A stretch of 64,000 nt of DNA from Escherichia phage AV109. The stretch lies in the sequence record OR352939.1; one strand, written 5' to 3'. How positions within the stretch are numbered: position 1 is the first letter of the stretch; each line of letters opens with the position of its first letter. The notes beneath the pieces were generated by a model. It was not told the origin of the DNA and made no database searches. It saw nothing but the letters and a program-made list of their open reading frames with translations. The translations under genes were made by a program, and so were the position numbers. Below are positions 10,362 to 19,861 of the stretch, in pieces.

Positions 10362-10953
10362 CGTTATGTTCGATTGAGCTCGCTAATTCTCAACCCGTTC
10401 TCTTATGAACTGCTGCATATTACTATGCAGACCAGACTATATCACAATCCCGGAGGGATTCTCCCCATTTCGAGTCGCTTGACCCTACGTCCGAAGACTA
10501 GTCGTTGAACCTTGCTTTGCAATTGTCGCCGTGCCATCGTTTATATGTCGATGGTGATAAATCTTTCTTTTCACAATATGGACAATTCAATTGAATTCTA
10601 TTTGGATTTAATTTGCATCTGTCATTATGTTTTAGATAAAACCCAGGACCTTTACCAATGTGACCGCAGAAATCACATGTGATTTCTTTTTGTGCAGGAT
10701 GGGTTCCGTTCTTAACCATTTCTAATGTTTTTGCTGATGTTCTTCCATCAGAATCTTTAGGTATAGGCCCGTTAGCATCCATCCAAATTTTTCTATAATT
10801 CAATTGTGCATCCTCTTAAAAGTATAATCATATTTATTTTATAATATACTAATTAAAGGTGCAAGCAAAACCTTGGCTGCTAGTTTTCCTATAAAGGACT
10901 TTCCAGCAATTAAAGGAGTTTTCGATAAACGTTACCGTTTAAAGGCGCATTTT
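10362..10953 (-). ncRNA. group I self-splicing intron in nrdB (approx. boundaries)
   Basis: exon 1 frame hits a stop immediately after conserved YVSFA; exon 2 resumes conserved NrdB sequence ~590 nt downstream; proposed splice sites follow exon-U / intron-G rule and restore frame; T4 nrdB has a similar intron. Confidence 0.65.
10498..10803 (-). CDS. intron-encoded endonuclease I-TevIII-like ORF (101 aa, probably truncated)
   Basis: ORF inside nrdB intron with Cys/His zinc-finger-like motifs (CDFCGH, CPYCEK); short compared with full-length I-TevIII of RB3. Confidence 0.55.
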   Translation of the reverse strand: MNYRKIWMDANGPIPKDSDGRTSAKTLEMVKNGTHPAQKEITCDFCGHIGKGPGFYLKHNDRCKLNPNRIQLNCPYCEKKDLSPSTYKRWHGDNCKARFND

Positions 10954-11629
10954 ACGCAAAAGATACATAAAAACGAATAGCTTCCAATGCATTGATGACA
11001 TGCAAACAAAGATAAAGAGATTTCATTAGGTCTCGTTTAGCTTCGGTCTCTTGTTTAATAGCTCGGTTTAAACGAAGGTCGGCATCAGGAGATTCTTTAG
11101 CTTGTTCTACAAATTCTTTAGCATTTTCCCAATTACGAGTCTTGACTAGAACATCATCATAATATTTACCTATTGATTCAGCTCGTTTCATGATTGCTTC
11201 GTCTAATACAATCTCATCAAATACTTTGGATGGATCGGTATAAAGATTTCGCATAATATGAGTATACGAACGAGAGTGAATAGTTTCACTGAATGTCCAT
11301 GTTGCAACCCACGTATCTAATGAAGGGTCGGAAAGCAGTGCCATAAGTACCGCAGATGGGGCCCTGCCTTGGATAGAATCTAATAATGATTGATACTTAA
11401 GGTTGTTTGTAAAGATGTCCTGTTGGAACTGAGGAAGCTTATTGAACTGGGCCGAATCCAGCATCAGGTTTACTTCTTCTGGTCGCCAGAAAAACGACAA
11501 TTGCTTTTCAATAAGTTCTTCAAAAACTTTATGTCGCTGAATATCATAACGTGCGAGGCCAAGACCAGAACCAAAGAACATTGGTTCATTCAAAACATCG
11601 ACTTGTTGTGTGTTAAAAACTGTACTCAT
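10954..11629 (-). CDS. nrdB: ribonucleotide reductase small subunit NrdB, exon 1
   Basis: N-terminal 225 aa ending ..EAIRFYVSFA, matching class Ia R2. Confidence 0.8.
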
Positions 11630-11684
11630 TATATTTTCTCACTTAGTTATTAACTCATCCATGAGTAAATTATAATCAAAAGTC

Positions 11685-13949
11685 TTAAAGCTTACAAGCA
11701 GAACAATCTTCAGCTTTAGGTGTTTCTAATTCATAGTCATCTGTACCTGACCCATCACGAGTGTTATGATAGTAGAGGTTTTTTCCGCCAAAGTACCAGA
11801 AGTAAAGCAGATCGTCAAGCATTACTGACATTGGCACTTTACCTTTCTCAAATACTGCAGGGTCATAGTAAGTATTAGCAGAAGCAGATTGGCACACCCA
11901 TTTCAACATGATAGCAACTTGGGTCAAATAAGGTTTATTACCTTTCTTAGCAAGTTTCCACGCGTAGTCGTAAAGACTCATGTTATGTTCTATATTAGGA
12001 ACAACCTGTCGGAAGTTGCCTTCTTTAGATTCTTTAATACTTACAGGTCCACGAGGTGGTTCTATACCATTTGTGCTATTTGAGACTTGACTGCTTGACT
12101 CACAAGGCATGAGTGCAGACAACGTTGAGTTACGAATTCCATGTTCTTTGAGTTCAGCTCGAAGTTCTTCCCAGTCACAGACATAGTTCGGGGCTGCGAT
12201 TTGGTCAATCTTTTTATTGTACCAGTCGATAGGTAATTCGCCTCTAGACCATTTAGTGTCTGAATAATACTCACAAGGTCCTTTTTCTTTGGCGAGTTTG
12301 ATTGATGCTTTGATAAGGCCATATTGCAATCTCTCGAACAATTCATGGGTCAAATCGTTAGCGTCTTCATATGAAGCAAAGTTAGAAGCTAACCATGCAG
12401 CATAGTTCGTCACACCAACACCGAGATTTCGACGCTTTTTAGCTTTTAAAGCTTCTGGAACCGGATAATCTTGATAGTCTAACAGGTTATCAAGTGCACG
12501 TACTTGTACTTCAGCAAGTTCATTAATTTTATCTTGGTCTTGCCAATCAAATTTATCTAATACAAAAGCAGATAATGTGCATAAACCAATTTCAGCATCA
12601 GGACCATTCACATCATTAGTTGGAATAGCGATTTCACAACATAAGTTACTCTGACGAATTGGAGCTTTTTCACGAATAAACGGAGTGTAGTTATTCGTGT
12701 TATCAACAAACTGTGGATAAATTCGAGCAGTGCCAGAACGTTCAGTCATGAACAATTCAAAGAGTTCTAGTGCTTTGATTCTTTTCTTTCTGATTGTTGG
12801 GTCTTTTTCAGCTTTCTCATAAAGCTCACGGAATTTATCTTGATCTTCAAAGAACGAGTAGTATAGTTCACCTGACATTTCGTGAGGGCTAAATAAAGTA
12901 ATATAATCATTTTTACCAAGGCGTTCCATCATAAGGTCATTAATCTGAATTCCGTAGTCCATATGTCGAATACGGTTTTCATCCACGCCTTTGTTATTTT
13001 TCAGAACTAATAGGTTCTCTACTTCTAAGTGCCACATCGGATAATACGCTGTAGCAGCACCACCACGAATACCACCTTGAGAACAAGATTTTACTGCAGT
13101 TTGGAAATGTTTCCAGAATGGAATAACACCCGTATGTCGGACTTCACCCATACCGATCTTAGAACCTTCTGCACGAAGCATACCAACGTTGATACCGATA
13201 CCAGCTCGTTTAGAAATATATTCAATAATTGATGCTGAAGTTTTGTTAATAGATTTTAACGAATCACCGGCTTCAATAACTACACAACTAGAGAACTGGC
13301 GAGTCGGAGTGCGAGCACCTGCCATAATTGGAGTAGGCAATGAAACTTGATGAGTAGAAACGGCATCATAAAAACGAATAATATGTTTCAAACGGTCATG
13401 AGTTTCGTCTTGATGTAAGGCCATACCAATAGCCATGATAGCAAACTGTGGAGTTTCATAAATCTTCCCAGTTGTTTTATCTTTAACCAAGTATTTTTCT
13501 TTAAGCTGCATAGCACCAGCATAAGTCAGGTCAAAGTCTCGTTCATGTTTAATCTGTGAATCGAGATAAATGATTTCTTCTGCTGAATATTTAGACAACA
13601 ACTCAGGGTCATATTTGCCTTCATTAACACAGTAAGAAATATGGTCGATAAAAGCAGGCGGTTCAAACTGCCCATATACATCTTTACGAAGTGCAAACAT
13701 TAGCCCTTTGGCGGCGACATACTGATAATCGGGTTCTTCGACAGAAATCAAGTTAGCTGCAACTTTAATACAAATCTTCTGAATATCTTTGGTGCTCATC
13801 CCATCAACCAGATGAGTCTTAATTTCTTCATACAATTCGTATGGGTCGATTTGTGTTCCTTCACACTGCCAAGTTAATACTTGAATAATTTTCTGTGCAT
13901 CAAAATTTTGGGATACACCTGAATTTTTCACTACTTTAAAATTATACAT
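11685..13949 (-). CDS. nrdA: ribonucleotide reductase large subunit NrdA
   Basis: 754 aa, near-identical to remembered T4 NrdA, ends ..DCSACKL. Confidence 0.95.
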   Translation of the reverse strand: MYNFKVVKNSGVSQNFDAQKIIQVLTWQCEGTQIDPYELYEEIKTHLVDGMSTKDIQKICIKVAANLISVEEPDYQYVAAKGLMFALRKDVYGQFEPPAFIDHISYCVNEGKYDPELLSKYSAEEIIYLDSQIKHERDFDLTYAGAMQLKEKYLVKDKTTGKIYETPQFAIMAIGMALHQDETHDRLKHIIRFYDAVSTHQVSLPTPIMAGARTPTRQFSSCVVIEAGDSLKSINKTSASIIEYISKRAGIGINVGMLRAEGSKIGMGEVRHTGVIPFWKHFQTAVKSCSQGGIRGGAATAYYPMWHLEVENLLVLKNNKGVDENRIRHMDYGIQINDLMMERLGKNDYITLFSPHEMSGELYYSFFEDQDKFRELYEKAEKDPTIRKKRIKALELFELFMTERSGTARIYPQFVDNTNNYTPFIREKAPIRQSNLCCEIAIPTNDVNGPDAEIGLCTLSAFVLDKFDWQDQDKINELAEVQVRALDNLLDYQDYPVPEALKAKKRRNLGVGVTNYAAWLASNFASYEDANDLTHELFERLQYGLIKASIKLAKEKGPCEYYSDTKWSRGELPIDWYNKKIDQIAAPNYVCDWEELRAELKEHGIRNSTLSALMPCESSSQVSNSTNGIEPPRGPVSIKESKEGNFRQVVPNIEHNMSLYDYAWKLAKKGNKPYLTQVAIMLKWVCQSASANTYYDPAVFEKGKVPMSVMLDDLLYFWYFGGKNLYYHNTRDGSGTDDYELETPKAEDCSACKL

Positions 13950-14589
13950 AATAATTCCATGTTGGATAATTTGATGATTTTAGACGGCGTCTAACCGTTT
14001 GGGTGCTCATAGATAAAATTATTGACGCTTCATTTAATGTATCATATATTACGTCGTTTATAATTACTTTCTTTGCAAATGGATTCTTAGCTCCTATCAT
14101 AGCGTTAGAAATAGCTTGCTTAGTTGATTCTTTTAATGGGACTCCTTTAGAAATTTTTGTTTTAATTTTTATATTGTATTGTCCGCGTTTTTTACCTAAT
14201 AAAGAATTTCGTATCTTTTCTTTAGTCTCTTCAGATTTAACATGTCCTAGTTTGGAACGAGATATTTTATCTTTTGTTTTTTGGTCTAATTTTCGCCCTT
14301 TAAGCAAATCAACCATTTTTGCTCTAGCCCATCCAAATTCTTTATTATTTCTAGAACTCATTAAATTAACCGCGGTTGCTAAACCTAAATTGTTCGGATA
14401 TATTTTTAATAAAAGAAGATGAGCCAAATAATGTTCTGAATATGTTAATTTAACTAGATTGTATGACTCATTGGTGCCACCTAAACATTTTGGGATTATA
14501 TGATGCCATTCACCATCGATATCTTCAAAATTTCTTTCTTTATTTACTAAGTTTTTATATATTTTTAAATAATCCATAGTATAATCCAC
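13942..14589 (-). CDS. HNH homing endonuclease (Mob-like) with NUMOD repeats and C-terminal HTH
   Basis: HNH block WHHIIPKCLGGTNESYNLVKLT..EHYLAH; freestanding between td-side ORF and nrdA. Confidence 0.75.
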   Translation of the reverse strand: MDYTMDYLKIYKNLVNKERNFEDIDGEWHHIIPKCLGGTNESYNLVKLTYSEHYLAHLLLLKIYPNNLGLATAVNLMSSRNNKEFGWARAKMVDLLKGRKLDQKTKDKISRSKLGHVKSEETKEKIRNSLLGKKRGQYNIKIKTKISKGVPLKESTKQAISNAMIGAKNPFAKKVIINDVIYDTLNEASIILSMSTQTVRRRLKSSNYPTWNYYV

Positions 14590-14653
14590 TTTGTAGTATC
14601 AACGGGATAGTATTTATCCCGTTAATTTTATTATACACTTTTAAACTGAAGCG

Positions 14654-14908
14654 TTAATTATCCTCAGCAATAATTTCTTCGTATTCTTTAGGTGTCAAGA
14701 CCGTGATATTGAAATAAACCAACGGTTCTTTTTCCACACCGTAACCACCACAGAATTCACGATATTCATAAATTCGTTCATGTGAATAACAAATGAATCG
14801 TTCACCTTTAACTATGATTTCACTATTCGGTGAAGGGATATCTAGTTCGGTAGGATTTTTCATTTCAAAAATTGTGGTGCCATATGAATTAATAAAACGT
14901 AAAATCAT
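14654..14908 (-). CDS. hypothetical protein (84 aa)
   Basis: ORF between td and HNH gene. Confidence 0.4.
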   Translation of the reverse strand: MILRFINSYGTTIFEMKNPTELDIPSPNSEIIVKGERFICYSHERIYEYREFCGGYGVEKEPLVYFNITVLTPKEYEEIIAEDN

Positions 14909-14909
14909 T

Positions 14910-15221
14910 TTATACCGCCATTTTAGCTTTGATAGCTGGATGTGATTCGTAATTTTTAAGAACGAAATCAGAATGTGTCATCGTTCCGGTAACCCAGTCC
15001 ATTTGGATTTTTGTAGGCCAATTCTCAAAATTACTAGGCCAATTAATTTCAAGAGAACATAACTCTTTAGGTTCACGACGAAGAACTTCTTTGCATTGTT
15101 CTACATGATTGCTGTAGATATGCGTGTTGCCGCCTGAGAACACTAAATCACCTGGGATAAGGTTACACATCTTCGCTACAATATGTGTCAAGGCAGCGTA
15201 CGAGGCGATGTTGAACGGTAG
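14910..15221 (-). CDS. td: thymidylate synthase, exon 2
   Basis: encodes LPFNIASYA..HIVAKMCNLIPGD..SGGNTHIY..; exon 2 begins one codon after the intron-terminal G of AUG, as in T4. Confidence 0.9.
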   Translation of the reverse strand, partial: LPFNIASYAALTHIVAKMCNLIPGDLVFSGGNTHIYSNHVEQCKEVLRREPKELCSLEINWPSNFENWPTKIQMDWVTGTMTHSDFVLKNYESHPAIKAKMAV

Positions 15222-15368
15222 CATTATGTTCAGATAAGGTCGTTAATCTTATCCCGGAATTATATCCAGCTGCATGTCACCATGCAGAGCAGACTATATC
15301 TCCAACTTGTTAAAGCAAGTTGTCTATCGTTTCGAGTCACTTGACCCTACTCCCTAAAGGGATAGTCG

Positions 15369-16112
15369 TTAGGCATTTATGTAGAACCAATTCCACTTAT
15401 CAGATTTTACACGGTAAGTAACTAATCCTGATGAAATTTCAAAATGTCTAGCCGCATCGGCTGCACATTCAAAAATAATCCCATCGCATGAAATCTTTTT
15501 GATGTTAGCTGGCTTTTTGCCTTTCATCTTTTCAGATAGTTTAGTTTTAGTTTTTTCTGAATGTTTGTGATTAAAGAACGGGTTATTTTCACCTGAACGT
15601 TTTCGGCACTTTCCACAAGTATCGGCCGAAGATGGTATGCGAACACCGCATTTACAAAACTTGTGGTTTTCTGGATTCCATCGGCCATTTTTACTTCCGT
15701 GTTTACCATAAAGAGCTTTCCGACCATCAGGACCAAGCTTAAGCATCTTAGCTTTAACAGTTTCAGCTCGTTTCTTAGCAATTTCTTCTTTTAATGGATG
15801 ATTTGAAAGCACATCGCCAAAAGACGCATCAGCAATATTATATCCATTAATTTTAGAATTTAGCTCTTTAATCCAAAAATTTTCTCGTTCAATAATCAAA
15901 TCTTTCTCATATGGAATTTCTTCCAGTATAGAGCATTCAAAAACATTACCATGTTTATTAAAAGACCTTTGAAATTTTATAGAAGAGTGAACACCGTTTT
16001 CAAGGTCTTTAAAATGTCTCTTCCATCTTTTCTCAAAATCTTTAGCACTTCCAACATACACTTTACCGTTTAAAGTGTTTTTAATCTGATAAATTCCGCT
16101 TTTCATAAACAC
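15369..16112 (-). CDS. I-TevI: intron-encoded GIY-YIG homing endonuclease I-TevI
   Basis: near-identical to remembered T4 I-TevI (KSGIYQIKNTLN.KVYVGSAKDFEKRWKRHFKDLE ... DAARHF.ISSGLVTYRVKSDKWNWFYINA); true start probably the third codon (MKSG). Confidence 0.9.
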   Translation of the reverse strand: MFMKSGIYQIKNTLNGKVYVGSAKDFEKRWKRHFKDLENGVHSSIKFQRSFNKHGNVFECSILEEIPYEKDLIIERENFWIKELNSKINGYNIADASFGDVLSNHPLKEEIAKKRAETVKAKMLKLGPDGRKALYGKHGSKNGRWNPENHKFCKCGVRIPSSADTCGKCRKRSGENNPFFNHKHSEKTKTKLSEKMKGKKPANIKKISCDGIIFECAADAARHFEISSGLVTYRVKSDKWNWFYINA

Positions 16113-16129
16113 CTCTTTTTATATAGAAG

Positions 16130-16137
16130 TATTTATT
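16130..16137 (-). promoter_or_regulatory. variant late-promoter-like motif (AATAAATA) upstream of I-TevI
   Basis: 7/8 match to TATAAATA on minus strand inside the td intron. Confidence 0.25.
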
Positions 16138-16237
16138 AAAGGGTAGTCCTACAATTTAGCACGGGATTGTCTACTAGAGAGGTCCCCCGTTTAGATAGAT
16201 TACAAGTATAAGTCACCTTATACCTAGGCCTAAATTA

Positions 16238-16786
16238 ACCTAAGAAAACATCTACACTGCGTTGATACCATTGTAAATCAAGATGTCCATTACGCACATT
16301 AAATTGATAGAACATATGACAAGGAGGAAGAGCCATTTGATTTATTTCAGCCGGATTCCAGGCAGAAACAATTTGACGACGATCAGTTGGTAATTTTTTA
16401 ATACGGTCGATTGTTTCAACTAATTGGTCTACACCACCAAAATCACGCCATTGCTTACCATAAATAGGACCAAGTTCGCCGCTATGATATCCAAGGTCTT
16501 TTGCCTGATTTTCATAGTTGTCGTCCCAAATAGTTTTACCTTGAATAAGACTACCATGAGTACGAATACGCAAATCATTAACATTTGTAGAGCCAGACAT
16601 GAACCATAATAGCTCAGCAATACAAGCTTTCCATGCAAGCTTCTTGGTTGTTACTGCAGGAAATCCTTTAGTCAGATCCCATCGCAATTTAGTTCCGAAC
16701 AGGGCAATAGTGCCGGTACCTGTACGGTCGTCTGTTTCGTAGCCATTTTCTAGGATATCATTAATCAGGTATTGGTATTGTTTCAT
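16238..16786 (-). CDS. td: thymidylate synthase, exon 1
   Basis: 183 codons ending ..QRSVDVFLG then in-frame intron stop; exons sum to 286 aa as in T4. Confidence 0.9.
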
Positions 16787-17370
16787 TTATATACGCTCTC
16801 AGTAATTTCGGTGAGTTCATCGATTCTGTAGTAATGAGATTCTACCATAGAACGTTGAAGCATAATATCTTGAATGAAATCTTTATCAAGTTGAACGTCT
16901 GAATTAACACGACATTTCTTAATGATTTTAGTCATCACGATTTCATCAGCATAAGGCAATGCTTGTTTCAATAAAGCAGGGCCACCAATAACAGATACAT
17001 CAACATGTTCAGTAGAAAGTTTAAATGGTACGTCAGTTGCAGTGCTAAACAGGTTAATTTCACCACCCATTACCAAGGTAATAAATTCAGATTGGGTGAT
17101 ATAGAAACGCGCAAGTTCGTTGGTTTTGGTCCTAGGCAGTTCTCTGGCCATATCAGTGACAACCACATGAGTACGATCCTGGAGTAGACGAGGTAATGAT
17201 GCAAAAGTCTTAGCACCCATAACCATTACAGTGTTTTTAGTGCGAGCAACAAAGTTACTCATATCTTGTTTGATATGCTTCCATGGAAGTCCATCACCTA
17301 ATCCAAAAGCATATTCCAGTTTATCATCAACTGTTTTAGTCGGAGCGCATGCGAATACTAATTTAAGCAT
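16783..17370 (-). CDS. frd: dihydrofolate reductase
   Basis: 195 aa; near-identical to remembered T4 Frd (AFGLGDGLPW, VIGGPALL, PYADE). Confidence 0.9.
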   Translation of the reverse strand: MLKLVFACAPTKTVDDKLEYAFGLGDGLPWKHIKQDMSNFVARTKNTVMVMGAKTFASLPRLLQDRTHVVVTDMARELPRTKTNELARFYITQSEFITLVMGGEINLFSTATDVPFKLSTEHVDVSVIGGPALLKQALPYADEIVMTKIIKKCRVNSDVQLDKDFIQDIMLQRSMVESHYYRIDELTEITESVYK

Positions 17371-17373
17371 TTT

Positions 17374-17685
17374 TTATTTCCTCAGATTTTTCTTAACAAC
17401 TTTCCAATCAGCTTTAAACGATTCAACATCAGAGTGGTGAATCCAGAATCCTGCACTTTCACCATCTTCGTAGAGTGGACATCCATCGCATTCTTCGTTC
17501 CAACCCATTTCACGTAAAGCTTCTTCAGCTTGTTCAAGGAGTTCAGCGTCTTTACCAACGATGTTGAAGTACCATTTACCTCTAACTTCAGAATCTTTGA
17601 TGCTCTGGCGTTGCAATCTCATTTTATTCTCCTTCACTTTTGATTTGATAGGGCTACTATAACATAACCCTATCTGATTATACAC
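17374..17685 (-). CDS. hypothetical protein (103 aa)
   Basis: ORF between 32-side ORF and frd. Confidence 0.45.
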   Translation of the reverse strand: MYNQIGLCYSSPIKSKVKENKMRLQRQSIKDSEVRGKWYFNIVGKDAELLEQAEEALREMGWNEECDGCPLYEDGESAGFWIHHSDVESFKADWKVVKKNLRK

Positions 17686-18077
17686 TACTTTTTAAAAGTT
17701 TTTTGCAAAAGTTTGATGATTTCGTCGACGTTGGTTTCATCTACGATACAATGGATTTTTGTTACACCTAAAGTTATACCTTCGTTAGTAGGTTGAGGCT
17801 TTACTAAATCTACTTCAATAAAGTATTTGAACTCGTCAGGATAAATCTCGAAATAAGTTTCAATTTCACCACCGGCAGAACATACAGTACCGTCTTCCAT
17901 AGTTACACTTACTACGTTTGACGTATCGCTATCATAATCAGGTTCCATTCCGTTTACAACAAAACTAGGCCCATGGAGTTCAATCAATTTTAACATCTTA
18001 GCGTTATTGTGTGGTGCTTCTTGAACAAAGTCGTCTTTAAATAAAGGGTTAATGATATAAGATTTTCCGATTTCCAT
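17685..18077 (-). CDS. hypothetical protein (130 aa)
   Basis: ORF with SD GAGGAAA and early promoter upstream. Confidence 0.45.
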   Translation of the reverse strand: MEIGKSYIINPLFKDDFVQEAPHNNAKMLKLIELHGPSFVVNGMEPDYDSDTSNVVSVTMEDGTVCSAGGEIETYFEIYPDEFKYFIEVDLVKPQPTNEGITLGVTKIHCIVDETNVDEIIKLLQKTFKK

Positions 18078-18106
18078 TTTGATTTCCTCATGTTGTTGAT
18101 AGGTCT

Positions 18107-18135
18107 ATACTAACACATCCAGGGAAGAAGTAAAC
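18107..18135 (-). promoter_or_regulatory. T4-type early promoter (GTTTAC / TAGTAT)
   Basis: minus-strand GTTTAC 18135-18130, TAGTAT 18112-18107, followed by AGACCTATCAACA leader. Confidence 0.5.
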
Positions 18136-18166
18136 AACTTTTTCAGCAATTTACAGATACTCAAAA

Positions 18167-18184
18167 GGGAGACCGAAGTCTCCC
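18167..18184 (-). terminator. intrinsic terminator hairpin GGGAGAC-UUCG-GUCUCCC + UUUUGAG downstream of gene 32
   Basis: 18-nt element identical to copies at 1295-1312 and 27165-27182; 6 nt after gene 32 stop. Confidence 0.7.
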
Positions 18185-18190
18185 AATTTA

Positions 18191-19090
18191 TTATAGACCA
18201 GCTAACAGGTCATCGAGGTCGCCATCGTCAGAAGACGAGGAACTCATGAAGTCATCTTCAGTTTTTGCAGAACTAAAGGCTTCCATGTCTTTATCAAAAT
18301 CGTCAAGGTCAGAAGCAACTTTATCTGCAACAGAAGCTGCTGCGGCTGCTGCACCACCAAGAGCGGCAGTACCAAGAACTTGATTAAATTTAGTATTCAA
18401 TTCTTCAAACGATTTGAACTTATCTTTAGAAGTCATTTCAGAAAGGTCGACCATTTGTTCGAACAATTCTTTCTGGAAAGATTCATCATCAATGTTTGGA
18501 ATCGCAGATTGATTCAGGAATTTAGATTCGTCGTAGTTACTGAAACCAGAAACCTGTTTAACTTTCAGCACGAAGTTAGCACCTTCCCATGGGCAAGTTA
18601 CATCAACAGGAGTTTCACCCATTTCAGTATCGACTGCAATCATTGCATTGATTTTGTCCCAAATCTTTTTACCGAAACGATATTTGAATACTTTACCTTC
18701 ATTATCTGGAGCTTGAGGGTCTTTAACAACCAGAATATTAGCCCAATAAGAAGTTTTACGTTTCAGTTGAGAATATTCAGTTTTGTTGGTATTGTACAGG
18801 TCATTTTTACTAATGTACTGACATACAGGACAAGAGTCATAATCACCGTGTGTAGATGAACAGGTTTCAATATACCATTTGCCATTTTTCTTGAACCCGT
18901 GGTTAACAAGAATTGCAAACGGAAGTGCGTCATCTGTTTTTGCCGGCAGGAAACGAATTACCGCTTGGCCATTACCGGATGCGTCGAGTTTCAGCTTCCA
19001 TTCACCTTTATCTTCTGAAGAGAAACCTTTGTTACCATTCAGTTTAGCCATCTGAGCTGCGAGGTCTGCGGTACTTTTACGTTTAAACAT
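18191..19090 (-). CDS. 32: single-stranded DNA-binding protein gp32
   Basis: 299 aa, near-identical to remembered T4 gp32 incl. zinc site and acidic C-terminus [12 protein letters not shown]. Confidence 0.95.
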   Translation of the reverse strand: MFKRKSTADLAAQMAKLNGNKGFSSEDKGEWKLKLDASGNGQAVIRFLPAKTDDALPFAILVNHGFKKNGKWYIETCSSTHGDYDSCPVCQYISKNDLYNTNKTEYSQLKRKTSYWANILVVKDPQAPDNEGKVFKYRFGKKIWDKINAMIAVDTEMGETPVDVTCPWEGANFVLKVKQVSGFSNYDESKFLNQSAIPNIDDESFQKELFEQMVDLSEMTSKDKFKSFEELNTKFNQVLGTAALGGAAAAAASVADKVASDLDDFDKDMEAFSSAKTEDDFMSSSSSDDGDLDDLLAGL

Positions 19091-19165
19091 TTTATTTGCC
19101 TTTATTTAGATTATTAATTAAATTTTACAGTTGGTTGCTACGACACTTATACCTCGTAGCTGGTA
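19091..19165 (-). promoter_or_regulatory. gene 32 mRNA leader: A/U-rich translational operator and probable pseudoknot (autoregulation site)
   Basis: minus-strand ..CCAGCUACGAGGUAUAAGUGUCGUAGC.. (inverted repeat) followed by AAAAUUUAAUUAAUAAUCUAAAUAAAGG before ATG, resembling the T4 gene 32 operator. Confidence 0.45.
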
Positions 19166-19170
19166 TGATT

Positions 19171-19178
19171 TATTTATA
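19171..19178 (-). promoter_or_regulatory. late promoter motif TATAAATA upstream of gene 32
   Basis: exact TATAAATA on minus strand ~80 nt upstream of gene 32 ATG. Confidence 0.35.
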
Positions 19179-19207
19179 AAGTAATTTTAACACACAAGAA
19201 ATAAAGC

Positions 19208-19861
19208 TTAATACTTACATGATTTGATTGTTTCTATGAACAATTTCTTAGCAGCATTTCTATCGATTTGAAGTATTTTTCGATATGCCTTTAATTTGGT
19301 AGAATAATTTTGCCAGACTAAGTTATCGGTGAGTTCGTCGTGCTTATCTATAATATTCAAAAATGAGTCCAACAATAAGAAAGTCTCAAATGAAATTATA
19401 TTGCTTTGTAGCAATTTGAATATGTAGCTCGACTGAACGTTGCTATTATAATCAAATATCTCTTGAAGCGCACTAACTTCAACTTTCTTACTGAAATAGT
19501 AGATGTTACGTACGTCTTCAGCAAACGACTCTTTAGCTTGTTTGAGACGTCCAATATATTCCCTATAGAAAACTAATGCATCAGCGTCTGATATCTCACC
19601 AATCCATGCGTCTTGGTTAGCAACTAAGTTGCTTATGAATATCAAGGTGAGTTCCTTCAATTTATATTTCTCTGCTAGTTTTTCAAAGAAATATTTATCT
19701 CGGCGTTTTTGATACGCATTATCCGAAACACGCATGCACCAGTTATATTTGATTACGTCATACCGACCACCAAAGTGGTTTTTGCACATCAAGTATAGTT
19801 TATATACTGATTTTCCATTAATATAACGTTCTCCGTCAGGAGGCATGCGTATTTTAATCAT
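19208..19861 (-). CDS. 59: gp59 helicase-loading protein
   Basis: 217 aa, near-identical to remembered T4 gp59. Confidence 0.92.
   Translation of the reverse strand: MIKIRMPPDGERYINGKSVYKLYLMCKNHFGGRYDVIKYNWCMRVSDNAYQKRRDKYFFEKLAEKYKLKELTLIFISNLVANQDAWIGEISDADALVFYREYIGRLKQAKESFAEDVRNIYYFSKKVEVSALQEIFDYNSNVQSSYIFKLLQSNIISFETFLLLDSFLNIIDKHDELTDNLVWQNYSTKLKAYRKILQIDRNAAKKLFIETIKSCKY

Larger units (their letters stand above)
15222..16237 (-). ncRNA. group I self-splicing intron in td (1016 nt)
   Basis: 5' intron sequence UAAUUUAGGCCUAGGUAUAAGGUGACUUAUACUUGUAAUCUAUCUAAACGGGG.. closely matches remembered T4 td intron; exon junction ..UUAGGU / intron ..AUG / CUACCG; length identical to T4. Confidence 0.9.

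Noticed and set aside
10003-10377. Plus-strand ORF of 124 aa
   Set aside because: Lies antisense to nrdB exon 2 and the intron 3' end; low-complexity composition and no SD; the minus-strand NrdB frame has strong homology.
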